IMG/VR virus record: IMGVR_UViG_3300027545_000001
Span: 501-64,500 of that record
Length of the DNA: 64,000 nt
Direction: 5' to 3' (one strand)
Origin: a virus
The notes below the pieces were generated by a model. It saw nothing but the letters and a program-made list of their open reading frames with translations. It searched no databases and had not been told where the DNA came from. Below are positions 8,444 to 17,145 of this stretch, in pieces. Positions within the stretch are counted from its first letter, which is position 1. Each line of letters begins with the position of its first letter. A program made the position numbers and the translations under genes.

Positions 8444-10618
8444 ATGAGACATTTGAGGCTTTTTCTTATCATTATTATATACACTCAGTGCTCTTGGGGT
8501 CTGGGGTCCATTAGTGGGTGGTGTGAACAGGGTAATTCTCTAGTAACTGCCTCTGGTACAGGCGGTACAGCGGCCCCTTACGGACCATTCTCATTCACAG
8601 GTACTTCCATAACTATTCTGGCCTCAACTCATAAGCAGGGTCCCACCCCATTCGTGGAAGTATATGATTCTATGGGATATAACGTAAGTGGGCAGATAGC
8701 TGTACAAGTATCTAATGTAGGTACTGTTGTTATTGGTGGGGCCTCAACTACTTCAGATACCTACACTTACACTATCTATGGGGCACTTGGGACTCCCACG
8801 GGTGGACCTATATCGAGGTTCTATCAGCAGTCATATCCACAATGCACTATTACTGTGTATCAGACAGGCACTTTGACCCTAGCCCCTTTGTTTTCAACGA
8901 ATACGACATCCCCAACACCCCTATCTAACCCATTTTCTGGTAACTTTAACGGCTATTATCAGGCTTTCGCGGCTGAAGGTCTCTATGATGTGCAAATATC
9001 CCAAGGTGGACTGCCTGCACCCTTCACTTTAGGGTCAGAGTCTAACATTGACCCTAATTTTGAGCCTCCTAACCTCTGGGTGACGAATGGAGCAGTTGTC
9101 AACCGGACTAAGAACGCCAAACTCGCTGATTTCATGGATATTCTGGACTTCGGGGCAGATCCAACAGGAAATACTGATATTTCCACTGCGCTCAATAACG
9201 CTTATGCCTCTTTGACTGCTGCTGGCGGTACTATTTGGTTTCCTCCAGGAATATACAAGTTATCTGTTGGGGTTAACTTCAATACCAATAACAAGCCTGT
9301 TCTACTCCAGGGATCTCCAGGTAATGCAGTAGTCATTAACTACACAGCCACATCTGGCACTGCTATCACATTCGACTATGGCACTGGCCTAACTATGGGC
9401 AAAGGACTTCGAGACATAGCTCTTGTTGGCACCGGCCCGACAGCTACCTCAGTCGGACTCAACATCGGAGGCACCGTCAATGGAGCACAGGGTACAGCTA
9501 TTTATGATTTCAAGATTGACAGCTTTGGAGTGGGAGTCACATTCGGTAGCAACACTTGGATAGTGAAGTTGGGGCATGGACTCATTAGGAATAGTGGCAA
9601 TAATGTAATATTCCCTAGCTCCTGCGTAGGTTGTGGTGAGAATATTCAGTGGGACCACATTACATTCGCTGATGCACCAGCCCCATTCACTAATTCAGTA
9701 TGGTTGCAGGCCGGTGAGCATAAGATGACTGACTGCTCCTTCGATCAGGCTCAACTCTCTATAGGGAATGGGACTACTTCACATGCCTTAGTGTCTGTGG
9801 TGGCAGGGCACTTTGAGAATCCTAACTATGCAGCCAACTCCACTCATTATGACTTCATCACACAGAGTAATAATGGAGGCAATCATCTTTCACTAGTGTC
9901 TCCATTCTTTAATCAGGATGATCTCAATCCGGCACATGGACCCTTTGCAGAGTTCATCACCACTAATGGCGGCGAGTTATTTGCTTTCGGTATTGAGATG
10001 TTCACTCCTATAGGGCCAGTGACTCAACTCATCACAGCCAATAATCAGGCCAATGTAACTGTTTATGGATTCAATGACGAGTCAGGCCAGACCACATCTT
10101 TAGTTGGAGGCAACAGCACCGGTTATCTAGTTCAGTTTCCCGGCACCGATCCAGGCCAGACTAATGGACTTAATAATGTTATCGGACCTGGAGCGGGCAC
10201 CAATAGAGGCGGCTCTATACTTGATGTGACTGGTAATATCCGATCCAGTTACAGTGCCAGTGTCCCATTCAGTGGGCAGTTGATATCCGAGATCCCGACA
10301 GGTAATTCTCCTATCGTGGTGAACTCGACTACGCCAGTCACTAATCTATTCTCGAACTATATTCTCTACACTGGTGTGCCAACTCCTACTCCTGCATCCA
10401 CCACCACTAAGATATTGGCTGCTTCATTCACTCTCTCTGGTGGGACATATAATGTCATTTTCCCTGGGGGCATATTTACCAACTCAAGCAGCTACTTCTG
10501 TAATGCCACCGACACCTCCGCTAAGAATCCCATGGAGATAGAACTCTCCAGTGGCACGGCATTCACTATCAGCGGGACCGGCAGTGATTCTGGGATGTTC
10601 ATCTGCACCGGATTCTAA
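8444..10618 (+). CDS. Tailspike-like protein (Pectate_lyase_3-type beta-helix) with signal-peptide-like leader
   Basis: RBS GAGGA then ATG 8444; MRHLRLFLIIIIYTQCSWG leader; DILDFGADPTGNTDISTALNNA...GGTIWFPPGIYK motif; LSNPFSGNFNGYYQAFAAEGLYDVQI resembles virion-attachment domains. Confidence 0.75.
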   Translation: MRHLRLFLIIIIYTQCSWGLGSISGWCEQGNSLVTASGTGGTAAPYGPFSFTGTSITILASTHKQGPTPFVEVYDSMGYNVSGQIAVQVSNVGTVVIGGASTTSDTYTYTIYGALGTPTGGPISRFYQQSYPQCTITVYQTGTLTLAPLFSTNTTSPTPLSNPFSGNFNGYYQAFAAEGLYDVQISQGGLPAPFTLGSESNIDPNFEPPNLWVTNGAVVNRTKNAKLADFMDILDFGADPTGNTDISTALNNAYASLTAAGGTIWFPPGIYKLSVGVNFNTNNKPVLLQGSPGNAVVINYTATSGTAITFDYGTGLTMGKGLRDIALVGTGPTATSVGLNIGGTVNGAQGTAIYDFKIDSFGVGVTFGSNTWIVKLGHGLIRNSGNNVIFPSSCVGCGENIQWDHITFADAPAPFTNSVWLQAGEHKMTDCSFDQAQLSIGNGTTSHALVSVVAGHFENPNYAANSTHYDFITQSNNGGNHLSLVSPFFNQDDLNPAHGPFAEFITTNGGELFAFGIEMFTPIGPVTQLITANNQANVTVYGFNDESGQTTSLVGGNSTGYLVQFPGTDPGQTNGLNNVIGPGAGTNRGGSILDVTGNIRSSYSASVPFSGQLISEIPTGNSPIVVNSTTPVTNLFSNYILYTGVPTPTPASTTTKILAASFTLSGGTYNVIFPGGIFTNSSSYFCNATDTSAKNPMEIELSSGTAFTISGTGSDSGMFICTGF

Positions 10619-10773
10619 ATGTTACTGCTCTGGTATAGACTATCTGTATTTGGTTATCCCTCATGCCATGAAGATTGTGCTAGGCACTATTGCATAGTCG
10701 TATATGATGTTGGGGACAAATTAGACTGTTCATATAAGATGTCCCTATCCTAACGAACTTTAATTTGCCTATT

Positions 10774-10790
10774 AGTGTAATCATTACAGT
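10774..10790. repeat. Dispersed palindrome copy 4
   Basis: AGTGTAAT-C-ATTACAGT, followed by TTTATGGCATAAT. Confidence 0.95.
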
Positions 10791-10820
10791 TTTATGGCAT
10801 AATCTTGGTGGAGGTATGCC

Positions 10821-11000
10821 ATGTTCTGCGACGGAACCACTATTTGCGCTGGATGTCACAGGCGGGTACCTGCTGAGGCTGGTATCTGTCTTTTGTGTGG
10901 GAACACATTAGAAGTGAGGACTATGCCAGCTATACAAGACTCAGAGATTGACAGGCTCATGAAGTATTATATGAGTGAGCTTGAAGAAGTAGCAGCATAG
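10821..11000 (+). CDS. 59-aa zinc-ribbon protein
   Basis: Hand-translated MFCDGTTICAGCHRRVPAEAGICLLCG...; GGAGG RBS. Confidence 0.65.
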   Translation: MFCDGTTICAGCHRRVPAEAGICLLCGNTLEVRTMPAIQDSEIDRLMKYYMSELEEVAA

Positions 11001-11010
11001 GAGTATACTT

Positions 11011-11331
11011 ATGTCTGTCACAGTACAGAACGTTCAAACATTTGCAACTGACATGCTTAACACCTTGACTGCTGAGGGAGTCTTTGATCCTAATGCCAAA
11101 GTGGATGACATGTTTCTATTCTGCTTTTGGCTGAGACTGCCAGTGTCCGCTCCAGGGGTTGTGGACCAAGCTAAGGCGGCTGCATTCGCTCAGACAGTAA
11201 GGTCTAAAATGGGACCTAACTACTTAGTAGGTATTGGTGGATTCTTTATGTCGGTTGCCTACTATCCCATACCATTAACTTCACCAGATGATGGGCCGGT
11301 TCCTGCACCGGCCCACCCTCTCCTACCTTAG
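11011..11331 (+). CDS. Hypothetical protein
   Basis: 106-aa ORF with GGAG RBS. Confidence 0.6.
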   Translation: MSVTVQNVQTFATDMLNTLTAEGVFDPNAKVDDMFLFCFWLRLPVSAPGVVDQAKAAAFAQTVRSKMGPNYLVGIGGFFMSVAYYPIPLTSPDDGPVPAPAHPLLP

Positions 11332-11529
11332 AGAATCAGCGAGCTTATCCAGCCAAGACTTATGGGTGGTCAGCACACATTTATATACATGCTCATGACC
11401 ACCCACATCACAGACCTGATAACCGTTCTCACACTTGCCACAATTCTCTTTAGGCACTACTGGGTAGTTGGCGACACCAACCACTACAAGACTGAGTAAC
11501 ATCAATCCTGCAATCATTATCTTCTTCAT
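11323..11529 (-). CDS. Small exported Cys-rich protein
   Basis: MKKIMIAGLMLLSLVVVGVA leader, then CGKC...C...C; start ATG 11529 preferred over 11565. Confidence 0.55.
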   Translation of the reverse strand: MKKIMIAGLMLLSLVVVGVANYPVVPKENCGKCENGYQVCDVGGHEHVYKCVLTTHKSWLDKLADSLR

Positions 11530-11630
11530 ACCTATATAGTGCAGATCACCCCAGAAATATCTCACAATAATAATTATTAAATCTAATTAACAAAACTTGA
11601 CTTATGCCATGTCACCATGTTACGTTCATT

Positions 11631-11837
11631 CTTCATTCAGTGAATGAAGGCGAGCTTCTCGCCTACTTTCAATGAGTGAGTCCAATCACTCCCGCCAGAA
11701 TACTATTAGGACTCCAGGACAGCCGCGCAAGCGCGTCTGTCCTTCCGTCCGCTTGCCTGACCTATCTGTGATGTGTGATGGCTGCTGGCCCAGCCCGAAC
11801 TTTGACCTATATAATACGAAGTATTATATAGCGTCAA
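11631..11837. other. Cluster of five inverted repeats (possible origin, packaging site or structured RNA)
   Basis: IRs at 11631-11649, 11648-11664, 11674-11691, 11716-11743 and 11802-11837 in non-coding DNA. Confidence 0.6.
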
Positions 11838-11957
11838 CGTGAGGGCGAGATAAGCTGAGTGCCTAGACTGTCATCCATCCCGGAATAAGCTAAGCACCAC
11901 GCAGATAGTTATCCCACCAAACTTTCTGTCACGTAGTCGTCTCAGCGAGAAGATATT

Positions 11958-11974
11958 AGTGTAATCATTACAGT
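11958..11974. repeat. Dispersed palindrome copy 5
   Basis: AGTGTAAT-C-ATTACAGT; a degenerate copy TGTAATCAATACA follows at 11988-12000. Confidence 0.95.
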
Positions 11975-12289
11975 GATGTAAGTGCTTTGTAATCAATACA
12001 ACCTGCTATTTTATTTTTTATTGAACTGTATAGATGCGGCGCCTCACCCCAGCATCCCCCTAGGTATCCCCTCAAACAATGCAGCAGGTAATGTGAGTCA
12101 ATAGGCAACAAGCTCAAGCTCACGCCAGCTAGACGACCGAGCGCGAGATGATGAGTGAGCATGACGGACCATCCATGTCTATGCCATCACTGATGCGTCG
12201 TGCGCAGCACGCAACGTGAGAGCAAGGGCGCGCAGCGCCCATGCGATTACGTTGAGCACTATAGCACCTGGTCGTGAGATGATAGTGTT

Positions 12290-12475
12290 ATGCCCGGTGG
12301 CCAACGAGATGATGACTGGCGCTGTCCTACTTGCAAGCACTGGCATCGTACTCGAACTAGACAGTGCAAGTGGTGCAAGCGCATTCCATCCACGAGGTAT
12401 ACGCGCGCAGCGTTCAGAGACCGTACAGCCACTCGGGCCTTCTTCGTCTCACCTTATGTATATGGCGGAGAATAG
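12290..12475 (+). CDS. RanBP2-type zinc-finger-like small protein
   Basis: W-x-C-x2-C-x3-H-x6-C-x2-C spacing (WRCPTCKHWHRTRTRQCKWC); stop overlaps palindrome copy 6. Confidence 0.5.
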   Translation: MPGGQRDDDWRCPTCKHWHRTRTRQCKWCKRIPSTRYTRAAFRDRTATRAFFVSPYVYGGE

Positions 12476-12490
12476 TGTAATCATTACGGT
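12474..12490. repeat. Dispersed palindrome copy 6 (variant)
   Basis: AGTGTAAT-C-ATTACGGT. Confidence 0.9.
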
Positions 12491-12660
12491 CATTTCTCGT
12501 TATACAGTATAACCCATAGATAACAGAAGAGATAAGAGCAAACAGTGAAATAGCTTGGATTGCGTCAACACTTTCATTCGCCTTGTAATCATAGAGATAT
12601 GGGTAAGTGTGACAGGGCGGTACAGGATGGGTGGATAATGGGACTTCGGGGGGAGAGAAG

Positions 12661-12942
12661 ATGTTGAAGATTACCAAAGAGCATTATGAAAAGATGCGGG
12701 CCGCTTGTGAAGAAGTACTAGCTAAGTATCCAGTTATCACAGTGGATACCTATGAAGCGCAGGGATTATCCCACATGAGATTCAATTGGGATGTGTTCCA
12801 CTCTGCAAAAATAGATGGAGTATCTAGCACCAAATGGGCATGTGACAATCTCTACTCTTACTTGGATGATACTCATATCAATAGTGCTTTAGCTGTAATC
12901 ATGCACAATGACGGGCTGAACCACAAAGGCAAGAGGAGATAA
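12661..12942 (+). CDS. Early-region hypothetical protein
   Basis: MLKITKEHY...; GGGGGAGA RBS-like sequence before ATG 12661. Confidence 0.6.
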   Translation: MLKITKEHYEKMRAACEEVLAKYPVITVDTYEAQGLSHMRFNWDVFHSAKIDGVSSTKWACDNLYSYLDDTHINSALAVIMHNDGLNHKGKRR

Positions 12943-12943
12943 T

Positions 12944-13084
12944 ATGAAACCAAGCGATATCAGCGACAGCACATTTAGACTCTTGAGAGCGATGATGGAG
13001 TGTGAAGAAATACAAGGCATACTCATCCTGGTTCACGCGAGAGATTATCTGCGGGATACTTACATCCTGAAGATAGGGCAATAG
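12944..13084 (+). CDS. 46-aa hypothetical protein
   Basis: Hand-translated MKPSDISDSTFRLL...; GAGGAG RBS. Confidence 0.5.
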   Translation: MKPSDISDSTFRLLRAMMECEEIQGILILVHARDYLRDTYILKIGQ

Positions 13085-13134
13085 AGTCTCGAATAGGCGC
13101 CGCTAGAGATAGTGGCGCTAGTTGGAGGTTCTAT

Positions 13135-13356
13135 ATGCAATGCGATCAATGTGAGATGTTGAGCATTAATGGTCGGGCTTGCCATGAGCATGGATGCCCT
13201 AACATGAATGCTCACTGGAAAGATGGTGAATGGGTAAAGTACTACGAATGTTTTGAGTGTGGCTGTGATGTACCAGCTGGTGAATCATGTAATTGCAACG
13301 AACCGTTTTACGACGATGAGCAAAAAGAGGATAGCGACGATGACAGAGACATTTGA
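13135..13356 (+). CDS. Cys-rich hypothetical protein
   Basis: GGAGG RBS; CDQC, CHEHGC and CFEC motifs. Confidence 0.6.
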   Translation: MQCDQCEMLSINGRACHEHGCPNMNAHWKDGEWVKYYECFECGCDVPAGESCNCNEPFYDDEQKEDSDDDRDI

Positions 13357-13621
13357 AGTAAAGAGTGGATACAGCCGGAGACCTGAAAAACTTAGGTTCC
13401 GCAACCCGGAGAGCATAGCTGAGATGGTGAGCTATTGCAATTCCAAAGCACACATTGAAGTACGAGATCAACATGGCAACTGGCGCACAGTCAAGGTCAA
13501 TGGTGCTGTGAGGACGTGGAAGCGAGATCCGCAGCGTATTGAAGTGCCATGCAAGTATGGCATGTATGAGTACTTCATACTAAGCGGCGAGGATATCAAT
13601 GATGTGCTGATACCTGTCTAG
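13340..13621 (+). CDS. Hypothetical protein
   Basis: Likely start MTETFEVK at 13340, overlapping the upstream gene. Confidence 0.55.
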   Translation: MTETFEVKSGYSRRPEKLRFRNPESIAEMVSYCNSKAHIEVRDQHGNWRTVKVNGAVRTWKRDPQRIEVPCKYGMYEYFILSGEDINDVLIPV

Positions 13622-13668
13622 TGCTGCGTATTCCTCTGTGACAGAGAGGAATATGGAGGATTTGACAA

Positions 13669-13869
13669 ATGCAGTGGAGACCAGAGGTTAGAAGTAAAGA
13701 TGATTACTTCGTCTATGTAGGGCTGTATGACGGAGATGGCACACGAGTGTCAGGACAGAATACATGTTGGGTGCTTAATGAAAGATACAAGGCGCTCAGA
13801 TATGCCAACATGCTTAACAAGGCAAATGGCCTTGAGCTATACACACCAGAGTTAGAGGAGAGATCATGA
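13669..13869 (+). CDS. Hypothetical protein
   Basis: GGAGGA RBS; ATGA overlap with the next gene. Confidence 0.55.
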   Translation: MQWRPEVRSKDDYFVYVGLYDGDGTRVSGQNTCWVLNERYKALRYANMLNKANGLELYTPELEERS

Positions 13870-14078
13870 CGAAGAAACATTTTATCGCATTAGCGAAATC
13901 ACTGAAGTACATGAAGCCGCGGGAGACAGATTTAGAACGCATGGACCAGTGGGTTCTGATAGTGGCTGAGTTAGCGGACTTCTGTAAAGAACAGAACAGG
14001 AACTTCGACCGTTATAGATGGCTTGGTTACATCAACGGCGAGAATGGTCCATCAGGGGGTGCTATAAAACATGGCTAA
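13866..14078 (+). CDS. Hypothetical protein
   Basis: GAGGAG RBS; coupled overlaps on both sides. Confidence 0.6.
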   Translation: MTKKHFIALAKSLKYMKPRETDLERMDQWVLIVAELADFCKEQNRNFDRYRWLGYINGENGPSGGAIKHG

Positions 14079-14361
14079 GAAACCTTACCGCGCATATCGC
14101 AGCATCACCAGAGAGCAGGCATTCTCTGCTGGCTTTGATGGAGAATGGTTACTTATGGATGAGGAGTCGATCAAAGCTCGCGAGCTATTCAAGGAATATA
14201 GACTATGGGTGCAAAGCAATGGTGATAGGGCTTTTACATCACAGGTAGACTTCTGCATCCCATTGCACAACGAGAGGACGGCGCGCTATACACCTGCGCC
14301 AGGGGTGATAGTGCATTTGAAGAGACCACACAGAAAAGCAATAGTGAGGATAGGACAATGA
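14071..14361 (+). CDS. Hypothetical protein
   Basis: Tightly packed + strand operon. Confidence 0.55.
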   Translation: MAKKPYRAYRSITREQAFSAGFDGEWLLMDEESIKARELFKEYRLWVQSNGDRAFTSQVDFCIPLHNERTARYTPAPGVIVHLKRPHRKAIVRIGQ

Positions 14362-14576
14362 AACGACACAATGAATACTTACCTGTTTTGGGCAAGCTAT
14401 ACGACGATACACCGAAGGCAGTATTCGCAGCTATAGCTCTCAGCCTCTCATTCATCGACATAGAGGGAAGAGGGTGGGAACAGGCTGTAACTAGGCTAAA
14501 AGCAGAATGGTTAGCATTATATAACAATGGCATAGTGCCACAGAGACCACCAAGGATGAATAAAGAGGACCTATGA
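14358..14576 (+). CDS. Hypothetical protein
   Basis: ATGA overlaps on both sides. Confidence 0.55.
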   Translation: MKRHNEYLPVLGKLYDDTPKAVFAAIALSLSFIDIEGRGWEQAVTRLKAEWLALYNNGIVPQRPPRMNKEDL

Positions 14577-14770
14577 CGTATCAATCGACGGGCGAAGTAC
14601 GAGCACCAAAGAAGGGTGAATACTTTCTATCCTTCAATCCGACTCAGCATTATAATGCAAGGCTGATCGGTCATATACACAACGAGATGGAAGAGACCAT
14701 ATTCTCGGAACATGTCCGAGTAATCATGGTGCCAGTAGTGGAGACATTCGATGAGCTATCAGATAACTGA
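14573..14770 (+). CDS. Hypothetical protein
   Basis: GAGGA RBS; ATGA overlap. Confidence 0.5.
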   Translation: MTYQSTGEVRAPKKGEYFLSFNPTQHYNARLIGHIHNEMEETIFSEHVRVIMVPVVETFDELSDN

Positions 14771-14972
14771 CTCGTATCAAGATGACTTTGACTCTAGAGA
14801 ACCATACCCCGAGGACATGGATACACCAGACGAACCTTGGGACGATCTAGAATGCTGCCCTAATTGTGGGCGGTATGGTGGCACTCCAGTATTCATACGG
14901 GTTACTGAAGATAGCCAAACTGGGTATGTGGATTGCTTCGACGGCTGTACTCGGTGCAAGCCATATGCCTGA
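14751..14972 (+). CDS. Acidic zinc-finger-like protein
   Basis: CPNC and CTRC motifs; GGAGA upstream. Confidence 0.5.
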   Translation: MSYQITDSYQDDFDSREPYPEDMDTPDEPWDDLECCPNCGRYGGTPVFIRVTEDSQTGYVDCFDGCTRCKPYA

Positions 14973-15050
14973 ATGGATGGAGGTGAGCGGTGGACTGCTA
15001 ATACTAGCTGCGTTCATTACAATGCTAGTGCTAATGACAAAGAAGAGACG

Positions 15051-15278
15051 ATGAAACAATCGGAAGTAACTATTGGTGCTGTATATCAAGTTAAGGTTTC
15101 AGGAGTGGTAAAGCCGGTTAGGATTGATTCCCAGGATGATCCTTATATCCACGATGGATCATTCCATCACTATAACCGGAGACGCAGATTTAATGGAACC
15201 GTCCTAACCACTGGTAGGAAGATTAGGCTAACAGCGGCGAGAATGAGAAAAGAGTTGATAACAAAGGAGATACAATGA
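15051..15278 (+). CDS. Hypothetical protein
   Basis: Likely start MKQSEVTIGAVYQVKV; ATGA overlap with the next gene. Confidence 0.55.
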   Translation: MKQSEVTIGAVYQVKVSGVVKPVRIDSQDDPYIHDGSFHHYNRRRRFNGTVLTTGRKIRLTAARMRKELITKEIQ

Positions 15279-15466
15279 GACAGTTCTTCTGTAACGATTG
15301 CAAAGAGAAACTGACCATGCACGCGGATGGCACCGTAGCCTGTTCGTGCGCCACGTTCAATGATTCAGACGATGCCAATGAGGCAGTCTCGCACAGCTGG
15401 AATGCCACCAGAGAGGACATCTACCTCTTACAGCTTGCAGAGAGCGATTATATTGAGGAGGAGTGA
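15275..15466 (+). CDS. Zinc-ribbon-like protein
   Basis: AAGGAG RBS; CNDC and CSC motifs. Confidence 0.55.
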   Translation: MRQFFCNDCKEKLTMHADGTVACSCATFNDSDDANEAVSHSWNATREDIYLLQLAESDYIEEE

Positions 15467-15469
15467 GAA

Positions 15470-15787
15470 ATGAGTGTAATCATTACGCCAACAGACTTAG
15501 ACGAAGCAATACGCCTGGAGATGGACGGCCATGCACCAATACAGCACGGCGAACCATGTGACATATGCAAGGCATTCGCTGATGCAATGGTGTCTAGCGC
15601 CAGCACAGTTGGCATCATCGAAGAGTTTGCGGCTGAGGGTGCTCGCTGTAACAGCATCCAACTATACATCAGCCTGCTAGGTGCATTCCATCGCGGGATC
15701 ATGCTAGGTGCAAAGGCACAGGAGCTAGCAACCAACAGGAATAAAGAAGATTTAGAGGGTTGGTGGGAGTTCCAGGATAAGGGCTAA
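15470..15787 (+). CDS. Hypothetical protein; N-terminus encoded by palindrome copy 7
   Basis: GAGGAGGAG RBS; begins MSVIIT. Confidence 0.55.
   Translation: MSVIITPTDLDEAIRLEMDGHAPIQHGEPCDICKAFADAMVSSASTVGIIEEFAAEGARCNSIQLYISLLGAFHRGIMLGAKAQELATNRNKEDLEGWWEFQDKG
15473..15487. repeat. Dispersed palindrome copy 7 (variant, intragenic)
   Basis: AGTGTAAT-C-ATTACG. Confidence 0.85.
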
Positions 15788-16168
15788 ATAGACTTAGCCT
15801 TAAAGACTTATGATTGGTTGGGTGATGCTTTCATGGGGCCTCTTGGGCCCCTTGAATGCCTCACAGAAGCAATTATAGCAGCCTGTGGAAATCGATGTCA
15901 AGTACTTTGTTTCGAAGGAGATGAGATGACAATAGCAGCAGAGAAAGCTACAAATGCAAGCAGCTGTTGTGGCTATGCTCAATCGATGGAAGGTAGAACA
16001 GTTACCTAATGGGGATTTGAAGATGAGGAGGAGGAGATGAGATTTGCTCTAGGATGTTGGGATTTTGGATTTGCCAATAAGACCGGGTTTTGGCTCATTC
16101 AAGCAGGGTTTCTTCAAGTTTGGTATTGGAAGAGGAGACTCAAGTAATCACGTACTACAGGAGATGAG

Positions 16169-16369
16169 ATGACAATAGCAACGGAACTATCGATGCAATG
16201 TAGCCTATCTTTCATAGTCATCCGCAAGATTAGAGATGACTTAATGTTCCTGCTGAACATTGATGATGCCAGCGGGAGCGAGTACGAACAGTCTGTAAAG
16301 CACATTGAGACTGTGCTTGAGGGATTCGAGGACTTCACAATACGTACTCTAGCGGCTGTAAAAGTGTAA
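16169..16369 (+). CDS. Hypothetical protein
   Basis: AGGAG RBS; stop TAA lies inside palindrome copy 8. Confidence 0.55.
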   Translation: MTIATELSMQCSLSFIVIRKIRDDLMFLLNIDDASGSEYEQSVKHIETVLEGFEDFTIRTLAAVKV

Positions 16370-16379
16370 TCATTACAGT
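16363..16379. repeat. Dispersed palindrome copy 8
   Basis: AGTGTAAT-C-ATTACAGT, one base before ATG 16381. Confidence 0.95.
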
Positions 16380-16380
16380 C

Positions 16381-16620
16381 ATGGACAGAACAGAACAGGT
16401 ACTCGCGCTGGTGTTTGCGTCACTTAAGAAGAACCCGCCAGTAGTGAGGCCAGCACTGAGGAGGATATTTAGCCAATGTGAATGCGGTAATGAGGCATGT
16501 AATTGCGCTTCATGCCTACATCAGAAGGGCGGCAAGCGCAATACATGCAGGGTATGTGCATTGATCGCTGGCCAGAACACAACAAGGATTGGACTGACAA
16601 CGTATAGGAGCAAATATTGA
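16381..16620 (+). CDS. Cys-rich hypothetical protein
   Basis: CEC, CNCASC and CRVC motifs. Confidence 0.5.
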   Translation: MDRTEQVLALVFASLKKNPPVVRPALRRIFSQCECGNEACNCASCLHQKGGKRNTCRVCALIAGQNTTRIGLTTYRSKY

Positions 16621-16621
16621 T

Positions 16622-16822
16622 ATGGCTTGGATACCTGTGACATTGTGGCTGACATCTCTGTTAATAGCACTGGGGGGCTTGGCCTTTGCTGTCATAGCAA
16701 CAATCATTAAGCTGGATACAGGGGTGTTTACACAATACGTTATGACGATTGATTTAACAGCATTAGGCTTGCTGGTAACAGCTAGGCTTGTTGCTGCCAT
16801 AATGGGGAGGAGCAAATACTAA
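16622..16822 (+). CDS. Two-TM small membrane protein
   Basis: Two long hydrophobic segments; TAATG coupling to the next gene. Confidence 0.55.
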   Translation: MAWIPVTLWLTSLLIALGGLAFAVIATIIKLDTGVFTQYVMTIDLTALGLLVTARLVAAIMGRSKY

Positions 16823-17052
16823 TGAGGGTAGAGCAGATCAAGTGTGACGTGTGTGGCAGAGCAAAGGGAGAGGGGAATCATTGGCTAGGAGCTACAGTAT
16901 CAGAGGATCCACCTTACATTGGAATATCTGGTTCTAGCAATGTTGACCTAGATCTATGCTCTGAAGAGTGTATGCAAAAACTACTGGCTATGGTGCTGGT
17001 TAGAATTAGAGCACACAGTGCGAGTGTGTCAGTGATATCATACCCACAATAA
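16822..17052 (+). CDS. Zinc-finger-like protein
   Basis: CDVC and CSEEC motifs; GGGAGGAG RBS. Confidence 0.55.
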   Translation: MRVEQIKCDVCGRAKGEGNHWLGATVSEDPPYIGISGSSNVDLDLCSEECMQKLLAMVLVRIRAHSASVSVISYPQ

Positions 17053-17066
17053 AGTGCATGGTCCGC

Positions 17067-17095
17067 TTGACGGTTAGAGATCGTAGTGCTACTCT
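17067..17095 (+). promoter_or_regulatory. Sigma70-type promoter upstream of the ParB-like gene
   Basis: TTGACG-N17-TACTCT with an extended TG. Confidence 0.5.
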
Positions 17096-17145
17096 TCCAT
17101 CAGGCTTAAATAAGTTAGCCTACAAAACCAGAGAGGACAATTAGA

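Noticed and set aside
10619-10753. 44-aa ORF after the tailspike gene
   Set aside because: No RBS and no recognisable motif; not enough support to call a gene.
11807-11831. loxP-like look of TATAATACGAAGTATTATA
   Set aside because: Shares only ATACGAAGT; there is no 13-8-13 layout and no tyrosine recombinase was recognised.
12199-12240. N4-type virion RNA polymerase system
   Set aside because: The hairpin loops are similar, but no giant single-subunit RNA polymerase gene is present in the window.
11570-12630. tRNA genes in the non-coding regions
   Set aside because: No cloverleaf with TTCGA T-loop and CCA end was found by eye here or at 53.2-53.5 kb; tRNAscan would confirm.
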